From Opitutus sp. GAS368 (lineage in GTDB: Bacteria > Verrucomicrobiota > Verrucomicrobiia > Opitutales > Opitutaceae), in the NCBI GenBank assembly GCA_945861645.1, contig CAMAVZ010000036.1:1-15311 (forward strand): a DNA stretch of 15,311 nucleotides, in the 5' to 3' direction. Shown piece after piece: positions 7,269 through 15,311 of this stretch (positions are counted from its first letter, which is position 1; each line of letters begins with the position of its first letter). Under the pieces are notes generated by a model, which saw nothing but the letters and a program-made list of their open reading frames with translations, searched no databases and was not told the DNA's origin. Both the position numbers and the translations under genes were made by a program.

Positions 7269-9494
7269 TTAGGGCTTAACCGCGGGGATAATCTCATGCC
7301 ACCTTGGCATTTTATCGCGACGATCGGCCACCGCAAATTCACCGGGACCTTGGTACATCTTAGGCCAAACTTGCTGCTCAAAGAACGTCGTACCGGCAAA
7401 GCTCAGGGCAGTGGCATATTGGAAGCCAAACTCACGCGTACCGTCGCGCCGCTCGCGCACAAAGGCAAAGTCGGCATCGGTGCGGAGAGCGCCGTAGTCG
7501 ACCGTGCCCGTCTTGACATCGAACATCGGCCGACCGCGGAGATTGGTGAGCCCAATGGTTTGGTCCAATTTTAAACCAACCGTGACGGCCTCCCCGCCTA
7601 GCATAAAATGCAGACCCAGCGTGCGACCGTCATCATGCTCAGCCGGGATGAGTTTGACCTCAGCAAGCAGCTGACGATCGAAACCACCGACTGGCAGCGG
7701 TCGCAACACCGTGACGAAAGTCAGGCGCTGCCCCTTGAAGAAATAATTCTTGAGATACTGGAAAAAAGCCGACGAAGGATGGAAGCGCCGATCGATCACG
7801 CGCGTGGCCGCGACTTTATCGCGGTTACCCACAAACTGAATCAACAGATCGCGCGTATGGGGGTTGGGCCAAAACTCCTTGCGAATGGAAATTTGGTCGG
7901 CGTGGGCAAGCACCCAGTTGTCACCTTGTTCGAGCAAACGATCGGGATGCCACGTATTGCAAAAAACTTTACTCCCCGCGCGATCGATCAGGAGTGAGTC
8001 GACGACAATCGTGAGGCCGCTCTCCGGGGCAAAAAGCGTAATACGATCACCGGTATAACCCCGTTCTTCATCAACCAACCGCGTCCGCGCATAGTCGAGA
8101 CTCCCAAAGGTCCCAAAATGGATTTTTTCTGTCTGCACTTGATGATAGGTGGTATCCGCGCGCAGGTAATCAAAGACATCCGCCTCCGGCGGAAATCCGG
8201 TCCGGGCCACGATCCGGTTATGAAAAATATCAGCGCGCCAACCTCGGCCGAACCTCGCGCGATAACCGCCGTCCGCGAGCAGCACCGTGCCAGCTTGGAT
8301 GAAAGCCCCAAACGCATTTTCGTCTGCATGGCCATGGTGAGGCTTCTCCTCGTGCGCATCGAGTTGCGCGTGCTGGTAATCACGGGTGAAGCGGCCGTAC
8401 GGGCCCTCGTCGCGATAATTGAAAAGCGCATAAGTGCCGGCGGCTCCCCGAAAGACGATTTTCTTGGAAATTAAATCATCCACCGCTTCCGCCGATTTAT
8501 CCTGAACCAGCGGAGCGAGCGGCACCGCCGCATCGAGCCAGCGGAACGCGAGACCCAGCCCTCCGATCGCCTCGCCCGGCAACTCCTGATAGTAGGCATG
8601 GTTGGCCTCATAGAGCTGCCGCGCCGCTTCCAGATAGGTCCCATCGCGATAGTGACTACCAGCGAGCACGAGGTTGGCGACATTCCACGCCCAGCTATGC
8701 GTCCAGTCCCCATCACCCCAATCGGGCATCAACCCGTTAGGCATGAGCAGCGCCTTAGCGTGATCGAAATAATACCGCGTGGTAATTAACTTCATGCGCT
8801 CCGCGAGCTCACCGCGCATTTCAGTTAGAGTCAGGAGATAGTTAAACCAAAAGGGCTCATAGATCGACGCATCCTCCACGGACCAGCCATGAAGACTGTC
8901 GTAGATCAGCGCTTCGCCCTGCCGTTGCCAGCGGTCGACCTGCGGGGCGGTGGGCACGGCCTGCGCACAAAACAATAACTCTGCGCCGTAGATGAGTCCG
9001 CGATTTTGCGCACCAAAATCGGCGCGATTGAGACGGATATCCGCACAGGCGGTAATCTGCGCGGCCACTTCCGCGACTTCCCCCGGAGTCAGAACACCCT
9101 GCGCTTGCAGATAGCGATAGGCGTCACAATACGCGGGGAGAAAGCGAAAGGCGGCCCCGAAGAAAGGGGTAACCTTGCCGTGGGCGTCGATCGAGCAACG
9201 CGCAATCCAGAGTAGGTCTTCCTTCGCCCAGGTGAGTAGCACCGCCTCTTTGGTTTGGACGTGGAGGTTGATCAGACCGGACAACAGATAAGGATAATAA
9301 AAATCCGTCGGTTGCGCGTTTTGGGCCCGCTCCGCCGCCGCGACTGCATGGTGGCGCTCAAGATTACGGCGCAGATCCCCCTGGAGTTGGGCGCGGAAAC
9401 TTGCGGTATCCGCGGCGCTAACGCTGAGCGCAGTGAATAAGCATAGACCAATCAGAACGTGAAGGCGGGCGGTCAGAAGGGAGCGGAATTTCAT
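7269..9494 (-). CDS. Exported heparinase II/III-like protein (putative polysaccharide/oligosaccharide lyase), divergent
   Basis: 741 aa; signal peptide ending SVSA-AD; helical N-half with EDASIY and PNGLMPDWGD; C-half with HHGHADENAF..GTVLLADGGY and FHNRI, resembling the HxHxD / LLxDxG / HN pattern of Hepar_II_III domains. Confidence 0.7.
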   Translation of the reverse strand: MKFRSLLTARLHVLIGLCLFTALSVSAADTASFRAQLQGDLRRNLERHHAVAAAERAQNAQPTDFYYPYLLSGLINLHVQTKEAVLLTWAKEDLLWIARCSIDAHGKVTPFFGAAFRFLPAYCDAYRYLQAQGVLTPGEVAEVAAQITACADIRLNRADFGAQNRGLIYGAELLFCAQAVPTAPQVDRWQRQGEALIYDSLHGWSVEDASIYEPFWFNYLLTLTEMRGELAERMKLITTRYYFDHAKALLMPNGLMPDWGDGDWTHSWAWNVANLVLAGSHYRDGTYLEAARQLYEANHAYYQELPGEAIGGLGLAFRWLDAAVPLAPLVQDKSAEAVDDLISKKIVFRGAAGTYALFNYRDEGPYGRFTRDYQHAQLDAHEEKPHHGHADENAFGAFIQAGTVLLADGGYRARFGRGWRADIFHNRIVARTGFPPEADVFDYLRADTTYHQVQTEKIHFGTFGSLDYARTRLVDEERGYTGDRITLFAPESGLTIVVDSLLIDRAGSKVFCNTWHPDRLLEQGDNWVLAHADQISIRKEFWPNPHTRDLLIQFVGNRDKVAATRVIDRRFHPSSAFFQYLKNYFFKGQRLTFVTVLRPLPVGGFDRQLLAEVKLIPAEHDDGRTLGLHFMLGGEAVTVGLKLDQTIGLTNLRGRPMFDVKTGTVDYGALRTDADFAFVRERRDGTREFGFQYATALSFAGTTFFEQQVWPKMYQGPGEFAVADRRDKMPRWHEIIPAVKP

Positions 9495-9583
9495 GGGGGA
9501 TTTTCGATCAATAGTGAAGTCAGCTAATCGCAGAGCCTGAGGTTAAAGGGCCAAAGCTTGCCGCCGCGGGCGGATGGAGGTGA

Positions 9584-11038
9584 TCACGGTTCGTCATCAT
9601 CATGCCCAGCTTTTTTGCGCGCCTTCGCTTCCGCCTTGGCGCGACTCTGGGGCATGGCTTTGATCGTCTCCAGTCGGTCCCCTAAATGACTCGCCTCCGC
9701 GGCGGGTCGAACGAGAGCACCGCGATCCCCCACCAAGTACATGGGGTGATAGAGGTGTGCTTGTTGCGCGCTGCTCGAACTCACGAGCATGCGGGCATCG
9801 GGATGAGCGTTGCGCACCAACGCCGTGGCCTGAAAACTCAACCCAGGAGCCGAAAATAAAGTAGCGGCCTTGGTCCAGGAAACGCCGCCGTCAAGCGTCT
9901 GCCATCGATTAACTTCCCCGTTACCGGCATTATTTTGAGTTAAGAGCGCCGTGACGCTCAGCGGCGTCTCAAGATAGAAATCACCATCTACGCCTTTCCC
10001 ATAATTAGCCGCCACCGCCACCGCCGCCGACCAAGCCTTTCCATCCCAGCGATAATAACGCACCTGGCCAGGAAAGCGGAAGAAGATGTGCGGCCGACCT
10101 TCCGCATCCACATGACAAGAACCGTGGTTAGATTTTTCCTTTCCGGTGGCTTGAATGAGCGTCTGCTGATCGGCGGTTTCTTTAGTAACCGGCAAAGCGA
10201 GCGGTTCGCCCTGTACATTGGTCCACGCTCCGTCGCGGCAATTCATGACCATATAGTAAGTATTGATCCGCTGGGCCGTGTGGCCGGGGCTGGCGCAGGG
10301 ATGATAAACATACGAAGCTGTGATGGTATCGCCGCGGCCATTATCAAACCAGGCATACCACGAATCGTGCACGAAGGTTTTATTCGCACTCCGCTGGTGT
10401 TTAATGACCGATACTTCCGGTGCAAAAGTCCGCCCATCGTCCACCGATTTCTGATAAACCCAATCGCTGCGATGGGACCCATGGCGGTAAAAAAGGTAAA
10501 GGTCCCCGTTGTCCAACTTCACCCATTGGCTGTACGTACCGAACGGCGAGATATTTTCGAGGGCCTGCCAAGCCGAGATGTCGCCGGGTTTTTGGGAAAC
10601 GACATGAATTTGTCGGCCCTTACCGGCCGTTCCAAATTTATTTTCCCCGAAGCTCGCCTCGCCGCCATGTCCGCCAAAAATTAAATGAATATACCCCTGT
10701 CGATCCACAATCAGCGCCGGCCGACCATGATTATCGAGCTCGCCCGGGTCGACCTGATCCGGTGACTTCCCCATGGGATTAACGCCGGCCTGAACCGGGC
10801 CGAGCCATTGCCCCGTCGCATGCACATAGGCGGCGACATAAGGATCTTCGTGCGGGCCAGAATAAGCGACATACGTCACGCCATTGAAATGCTCAGCCGC
10901 CGGATGCTGCAGCGTGCTTACCGGATTGCCGTAACCATTGTCAGAAAAATAATCCACGTTGGGCGCGGCCCGCAGCATGCTTGCCCCAAGGCCGCTCAGT
11001 AGTACGCTGACGCCAAGCGGGAGAAGAGAGAATTTCAT
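9584..11038 (-). CDS. Exported BNR_4 / Asp-box beta-propeller protein
   Basis: 484 aa; signal peptide; DNHGRPALIVDRQGYIHLIFGGHG, GTYSQ, GDLYLFYR typical of BNR_4; Asp-box-like SVDDGRTF and TLDGGVSW. Confidence 0.82.
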   Translation of the reverse strand: MKFSLLPLGVSVLLSGLGASMLRAAPNVDYFSDNGYGNPVSTLQHPAAEHFNGVTYVAYSGPHEDPYVAAYVHATGQWLGPVQAGVNPMGKSPDQVDPGELDNHGRPALIVDRQGYIHLIFGGHGGEASFGENKFGTAGKGRQIHVVSQKPGDISAWQALENISPFGTYSQWVKLDNGDLYLFYRHGSHRSDWVYQKSVDDGRTFAPEVSVIKHQRSANKTFVHDSWYAWFDNGRGDTITASYVYHPCASPGHTAQRINTYYMVMNCRDGAWTNVQGEPLALPVTKETADQQTLIQATGKEKSNHGSCHVDAEGRPHIFFRFPGQVRYYRWDGKAWSAAVAVAANYGKGVDGDFYLETPLSVTALLTQNNAGNGEVNRWQTLDGGVSWTKAATLFSAPGLSFQATALVRNAHPDARMLVSSSSAQQAHLYHPMYLVGDRGALVRPAAEASHLGDRLETIKAMPQSRAKAEAKARKKAGHDDDEP

Positions 11039-11043
11039 ATAAT

Positions 11044-11066
11044 ATTAAGGGGAAGCATTAAGGGGA
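11044..11066. repeat. 10-bp direct repeat ATTAAGGGGA x2 just upstream of the BNR_4 gene start
   Basis: Copies at 11044-11053 and 11057-11066, seen directly; a near copy ATTAAGGGAAAGC lies at 4160-4172. Confidence 0.6.
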
Positions 11067-11106
11067 CCAGGCCCGTCGCTTAAATTTTAATCGTGGGTGC
11101 GGGCTA

Positions 11107-12525
11107 TTACTCAGTTAGCGGTTTGGCCGCGCTTTGACCAGCGGTACCCCGTTCAGCCGAACCATCGCGCCAGAGAGGATCAATCATTGCCGCATTTAAT
11201 TTTTCCCAGGCCAGGATGAGTTCTTGCAATTTCTGCGGATGACTCGCCGCGAGATTATTATTTTCGCCCAGATCCTCGCGCAGATTATAAAGTTGCGCCC
11301 CATCGACGGTCGCTTTGCCGGTACGGGCGTAATCGCCGCTACCATTGCTGCGGGCCTTGACGAGTTTCCAATCCCCCTGCCGTAAAGCTAACTGAGGCCC
11401 AAACCGCCAATAGAGCACGTCGTGCGGCGCCTGCTTATTTTGACCCGTCAGATAAGGCAGCAAATTGACGCCATCAAATTTCCACTCGGGCTTGATCGCC
11501 ACGCCTGCCGCGGCCAAAGCCGTCGGCAAAATATCAAGCTGCACCACTGGCCGATCATCGACTTGGCCCGCGGGGATATGCCCCTTCCATTGCATCATAT
11601 AGGCAACGCGAATGCCCCCTTCCCAGGTTTGGGATTTAAAACCACGCAGCGGCCCGTTGCTCGAGGTATTACCCCCCGTCGGCCCACCGTTGTCGCTAAA
11701 AAACACAATCAGCGTATCTTCCTCGAGCCCGCGCTCCCGGATCTTGGCGAGCACCACCCCCACCGCATCATCCATCGCCGATTGCATCGCGGCATAAGTC
11801 CGGCGCTTAGGATCCGCGATATGCTGAAAGCGCTCGAGGTATTTGGCGGTGGCTTGCAACGGCGCGTGTACCGCATTGAACGCCAAGTAACAGAGCCACG
11901 GTTCGCTTTGGTGGCGTTCAATAAAGCTCGCCGCCTCGCGGCCAAAGGCATCGGTCATGTAGTCGATATTGGCGATCGGCGTGGTACCCCGCTGAATGGG
12001 ATTCGCGAGGTCACTCGCCGCATCCAAGTAATCATGCATGCCGCCTAAAAAGCCGAAGTACTCATCAAAACCGCGCCGCAAAGGATGAAATTGAGGCGCG
12101 TAACCCAAGTGTGATTTACCAAACCAACCCGTGGCATAGCCCGCCGCCTTAAAGCGGTCGCCCATGGTTTTCTCGGTGATCGGTAAACCGACGGTGGGCG
12201 GCGTCAAGTGCGCGGGCCCTGGGTTAAGCTCATGGCCAAAACGCTGCTGATAACGGCCCGTCATCAGACCAGCACGCGTCGGGCTACAATACGGCCCCGT
12301 CACATAACCACTGGTAAACCGAATGCCCTGCGCAGCAATCCTGTCGATGTTCGGCGTGGGAATTTGCTGGGTAAACCCCTGACAACCCAGTTCGCCATAC
12401 CCCAGATCATCGCCGACGATGATCAGAATATTGGGTGGGCGCGCCGCCGCCAGGGAGCGAGCAGGCAGCAGACTCGTCAGTAAAACCAGCGCCAGCAGAC
12501 CCGTAGATACGGCGGATATTTTCAT
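11107..12525 (-). CDS. Cys-type arylsulfatase-like (N-acetylgalactosamine-sulfatase-like) sulfatase
   Basis: 472 aa; signal peptide, PNILIIVGDDLGY, CSPTRAGLMTGRYQQRFG, GKSHLG, HPLRRGFDEYFG, YLAFNAVHAPL, FFSDNGG, NGPLRGFK..WEGGIRV. Confidence 0.94.
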   Translation of the reverse strand: MKISAVSTGLLALVLLTSLLPARSLAAARPPNILIIVGDDLGYGELGCQGFTQQIPTPNIDRIAAQGIRFTSGYVTGPYCSPTRAGLMTGRYQQRFGHELNPGPAHLTPPTVGLPITEKTMGDRFKAAGYATGWFGKSHLGYAPQFHPLRRGFDEYFGFLGGMHDYLDAASDLANPIQRGTTPIANIDYMTDAFGREAASFIERHQSEPWLCYLAFNAVHAPLQATAKYLERFQHIADPKRRTYAAMQSAMDDAVGVVLAKIRERGLEEDTLIVFFSDNGGPTGGNTSSNGPLRGFKSQTWEGGIRVAYMMQWKGHIPAGQVDDRPVVQLDILPTALAAAGVAIKPEWKFDGVNLLPYLTGQNKQAPHDVLYWRFGPQLALRQGDWKLVKARSNGSGDYARTGKATVDGAQLYNLREDLGENNNLAASHPQKLQELILAWEKLNAAMIDPLWRDGSAERGTAGQSAAKPLTE

Positions 12526-12536
12526 AAAATAATGGG

Positions 12537-14051
12537 CTAGGGCTGAGTGACGGCCGGAAGAATATCCTCGACGCGGGCCTCAGCTGGTAGCCGCGTAAAG
12601 CCACGGTCGCGTGATTCCCCTAAAATTTTCTTCATCGCCGCGGCGCGGTCCTGATGAGTCGGCCACTCATCGCGCGTTTCGAACGGATCCGCTTTGAGAT
12701 TATATAATTCATCGCGCGGAAAAGCGGCCGCTTGCTTTTTCTTTGCGGCGGCAATGGTGCGTTTATTGCGATCGGTAGAAAAAGCGGGGGCCTTCACCCG
12801 CTCGACCAGCTTCCAATCACCCATCCGCAAATTGTAGGTGCCATCTGCTGATTGGAGGATAACCGGCCCGCGCACGGGGGCCCCGGGCTGCCTTTCAGTA
12901 AAAGCGCGCAGCACGTTAAAACTATCTTCGGCCTGACCTGGCCGCAAAGGCGCATGCAACACGTGCGCGAAAGTCGCGAGCAAATCGGTTAGGCAAATCA
13001 CTTGATCGCTGACCGTGCCCGCCGGTACCTGACTTGGCCAACGGACGATAAAGGGCTCCCGGAAACCACCCTCCCACTCGCTATGCTTGCCGCCCCGCCA
13101 AGGTCCGTTGATGACGAGCCCCGCCTTCCTGGCCACGACTGAATTTTCGTTATGCGCCTCGATCACGCCGCCGTTGTCACTGGTAAAAATAACGATGGTG
13201 TTATCGGCCAGCTTGAGCCGATCCAAGGTCGCTAAAATTTGACCCACACTGCCGTCGAGTTCGCTGATAAAATCCCCATATTTGCCATAGGGACTACCGG
13301 TATAGCGGGCATTCGGTGCGACGGGTTCGTGCACGGCATTCGGCGCGAAATAAACAAAAAAAGGCTGCGTCTGATCTGCCTCGATCCAGCCAGTCAATTT
13401 GGACGTCAGCGTAGCCATGACATGATCAACCTGCCAAGCCGTCCGGCCTTTCGCCGACTCGGTGGCCGCCGGAGCGAGCGGGACACTCGGGAACGGATCA
13501 CTGATTTCATCATCCTCAATAAAGCCGTGCGGCGCCGCTGGAAGATTCGCGACGAAGCCATAATAATGATCAAACCCCACCTGACGCGGGCCGGGGGTAA
13601 TCGGCTTGCTCCAGTCGGTGATATTACCCGCCGTTAAGCCAAGATGCCATTTACCAAACATCGCCGTGCGGTAACCTTGGCTTTTGCAGAGCGAGGCGAT
13701 CGTCAAGCGATCGGTCTCGACGAGCAAAGGAGCGTCTGGCGGTAGAACTTCCCCGTCTTTAATGCTGGTCCGCCAATAATAACGCCCCGTCAGTAAACCA
13801 TAGCGCGTCGGCGAGCACACCGAGCCGGGGGCGTAGGCCTGCGTGAAACGTCGCCCTTCGCGCGCCAGCCGATCCAGGTGCGGGGTCCGTAGCCCGATGG
13901 CACCGTAGGGAGTCGAACTCCCCCACCCATAATCGTCGGCAAGGATAACTACGATATTGGGTTGAGCCGTCGACGCGGCCACGCCGGATCGCCCGGCCAG
14001 CAGCGCCAGCACACTGAGGCCTAAAATATAACGAAGAGAAGAGATTTTCAT
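12537..14051 (-). CDS. Cys-type arylsulfatase-like sulfatase (S1_15-like)
   Basis: 504 aa; signal peptide, PNIVVILADDYGW, CSPTRYGLLTGRYYWR, GKWHLG, ITPGPRQVGFD, FTSDNGG, WRGGKHSEWEGGFREP. Confidence 0.94.
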   Translation of the reverse strand: MKISSLRYILGLSVLALLAGRSGVAASTAQPNIVVILADDYGWGSSTPYGAIGLRTPHLDRLAREGRRFTQAYAPGSVCSPTRYGLLTGRYYWRTSIKDGEVLPPDAPLLVETDRLTIASLCKSQGYRTAMFGKWHLGLTAGNITDWSKPITPGPRQVGFDHYYGFVANLPAAPHGFIEDDEISDPFPSVPLAPAATESAKGRTAWQVDHVMATLTSKLTGWIEADQTQPFFVYFAPNAVHEPVAPNARYTGSPYGKYGDFISELDGSVGQILATLDRLKLADNTIVIFTSDNGGVIEAHNENSVVARKAGLVINGPWRGGKHSEWEGGFREPFIVRWPSQVPAGTVSDQVICLTDLLATFAHVLHAPLRPGQAEDSFNVLRAFTERQPGAPVRGPVILQSADGTYNLRMGDWKLVERVKAPAFSTDRNKRTIAAAKKKQAAAFPRDELYNLKADPFETRDEWPTHQDRAAAMKKILGESRDRGFTRLPAEARVEDILPAVTQP

Positions 14052-14060
14052 GCCGCTGAA

Positions 14061-15311
14061 TTACAATTTCTTTTTCTGCTTCGCCAAATTTTCTGACCGG
14101 CGCGCATTCTTCTGTTCTTTGATAACAGCGAAAGGCCGCGGCGCCACCTCATCAGCGAGCATCGTGGCAACTAACGGATCATGATTCGTCACCCCCCAAG
14201 CCTCCAACCGCGCCCGCATCGCGAGGAGCGTAGCTCGATGCGCCGGATCACGCGCGAGGTCATTCATCTCGCCGGGGTCATTGGCCAAATCAACCAGCGA
14301 TTCGCGCTGCTGCCCGTGGGCGTAGACGCAATACTTGTAACGATCGGTGCGAATCATGCGACCTTCCGTCATCGGCACACTGCCGTTAACGGCCGCTGTT
14401 TGCGTCATGTTATTCTGAACCACGACGTCATCGCGCCAACTCGGCACCGCTTCACCCAAGGCGAGCGGTCGCAGGCTTCGACCTGTTAAGTGAGCCGGCT
14501 GAACTAAGCCGGTGAAGGCGAACATCGTGGGTAAAATATCGATTCCCGTATTAATAAACTTATCCGAAGTGCGACCGATTTGCTGACCCGGCGCACTGAC
14601 AATGAACGGCACGCGGGCCGCCTCCTCATAAAATACAGTTTTTTGATTCAGTCCGTGGGCGCCTGCACATTCGCCGTGATCGGCAGTAAAAACGATTAAG
14701 GTGTTTCCCTCCAGTCCAGCCGCCTGCAGCGCGTCCAATACCCGGCCGATCTCTGCATCAACTTTTTCGATCAACCGATAATAACCCCAACGCAAAGCTT
14801 GCCACATTTCCGGACTGAAGTTGCCGACGGGAAATGCCGGATTCGCATTATAGCCGGCCCGAATCAGCGTCATTGAATCCGGTTCGTTGCGCGGCGGCGC
14901 GAGATTTGCCGGTACGGGGGGGCGCTGCGCCACGACCGGAGGCTCGCCGATGGGGCCGTTATTTAACACCTGCCCGCGGGCGAGTTCACAAACGTTGTGC
15001 GGATTGAGAAAACTCACCACGAGCAGAAAGGGTTTCGGGTGATTTTTCCCAATAAATTTAACCGCCTGCGTCGCATTATCAGCGTCGATATGGTCCGACT
15101 CCAAGAGTTCAAAACCATGCGTCTCGGTGGCAGCTTGATCGTAAGCAAGATGCCACTTACCAAAATAAGCGGTCTGATAGCCGGCCCGACGAAAGTAAGT
15201 GCCCATCGTCACGAACTCCGCCGCGTTCAGCGTCGTCGCCGTATTATCTGTGATGCCCGTTTCATGCGGATAGCGGCCCGTAAAAATCGAGTTGCGCGCC
15301 GGCATGCATAA
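14061..15311 (-). CDS. Cys-type sulfatase (choline-sulfatase-like family), 5' end beyond the right window edge
   Basis: The frame is open to the edge: TTA TGC ATG CCG.. = L-C-M-P-A-R, so the track's Met at 15305 is internal to the CxPxR motif. Also GKWHL, VSFLNPHN, FTADHGE, KTVFYEEAARVP, RMIRTDRYKY. Confidence 0.93.
   Translation of the reverse strand, partial: LCMPARNSIFTGRYPHETGITDNTATTLNAAEFVTMGTYFRRAGYQTAYFGKWHLAYDQAATETHGFELLESDHIDADNATQAVKFIGKNHPKPFLLVVSFLNPHNVCELARGQVLNNGPIGEPPVVAQRPPVPANLAPPRNEPDSMTLIRAGYNANPAFPVGNFSPEMWQALRWGYYRLIEKVDAEIGRVLDALQAAGLEGNTLIVFTADHGECAGAHGLNQKTVFYEEAARVPFIVSAPGQQIGRTSDKFINTGIDILPTMFAFTGLVQPAHLTGRSLRPLALGEAVPSWRDDVVVQNNMTQTAAVNGSVPMTEGRMIRTDRYKYCVYAHGQQRESLVDLANDPGEMNDLARDPAHRATLLAMRARLEAWGVTNHDPLVATMLADEVAPRPFAVIKEQKNARRSENLAKQKKKL

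Larger units (their letters stand above)
1..15311 (-). other. Putative operon / sulfated-glycan utilisation gene cluster, extending past both window edges
   Basis: Ten consecutive minus-strand genes with gaps of about 9-120 nt (counting from the 1417 SSS start); no obvious hairpin + U-tract terminator between them; coherent functions. Confidence 0.75.

Noticed and set aside
9584..11038. Sialidase (GH33) call for the Asp-box protein
   Set aside because: No RIP/FRIP motif and only two Asp-box-like segments; the pattern fits BNR_4.
10088..12048. Plus-strand ORFs of 198 aa (10088-10684) and 208 aa (11422-12048)
   Set aside because: Antisense shadows of the BNR and sulfatase genes.
15303..15305. 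Met 15305 as start of the last sulfatase
   Set aside because: It lies inside the catalytic CMPAR motif; the gene starts beyond the window.
1..15311. CRISPR arrays, tRNA/rRNA, IS elements, integrases, defence genes
   Set aside because: No spaced repeats, cloverleafs, terminal inverted repeats or relevant protein motifs seen; nearly all sequence is explained by the ten CDSs.

Overview
GC-rich bacterial window carrying one co-oriented (all minus-strand) cluster of 10 genes that looks like a sulfated-glycan utilisation locus. In transcription order: a sulfatase cut by the right window edge, two arylsulfatase-like sulfatases, a BNR_4/Asp-box beta-propeller protein, a divergent heparinase II/III-like protein, a sulfamidase (SGSH)-like sulfatase, an iduronate-2-sulfatase-like sulfatase, a ThuA-domain protein, an uncharacterised ~510 aa helical protein, and a sodium:solute symporter (SSS). 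The SSS gene runs off the left edge, is absent from the supplied ORF track, and was found by manual translation. All five sulfatases are Cys-type (CxPxR), and the complete non-transporter genes mostly have signal-peptide-like N-termini. Gene content and SD-less, C/T-rich start contexts suggest a PVC-superphylum organism such as Verrucomicrobiota/Opitutae (inference only). No rRNA, tRNA, CRISPR, mobile element, SusC/SusD pair, recognisable glycoside hydrolase or sulfatase-maturing enzyme was seen. The most notable items are three candidate uncharacterised lyase-like proteins, an apparent 1-bp frameshift at the SSS 5' end, and loss of the Na2-site Ser/Thr pair in the SSS.
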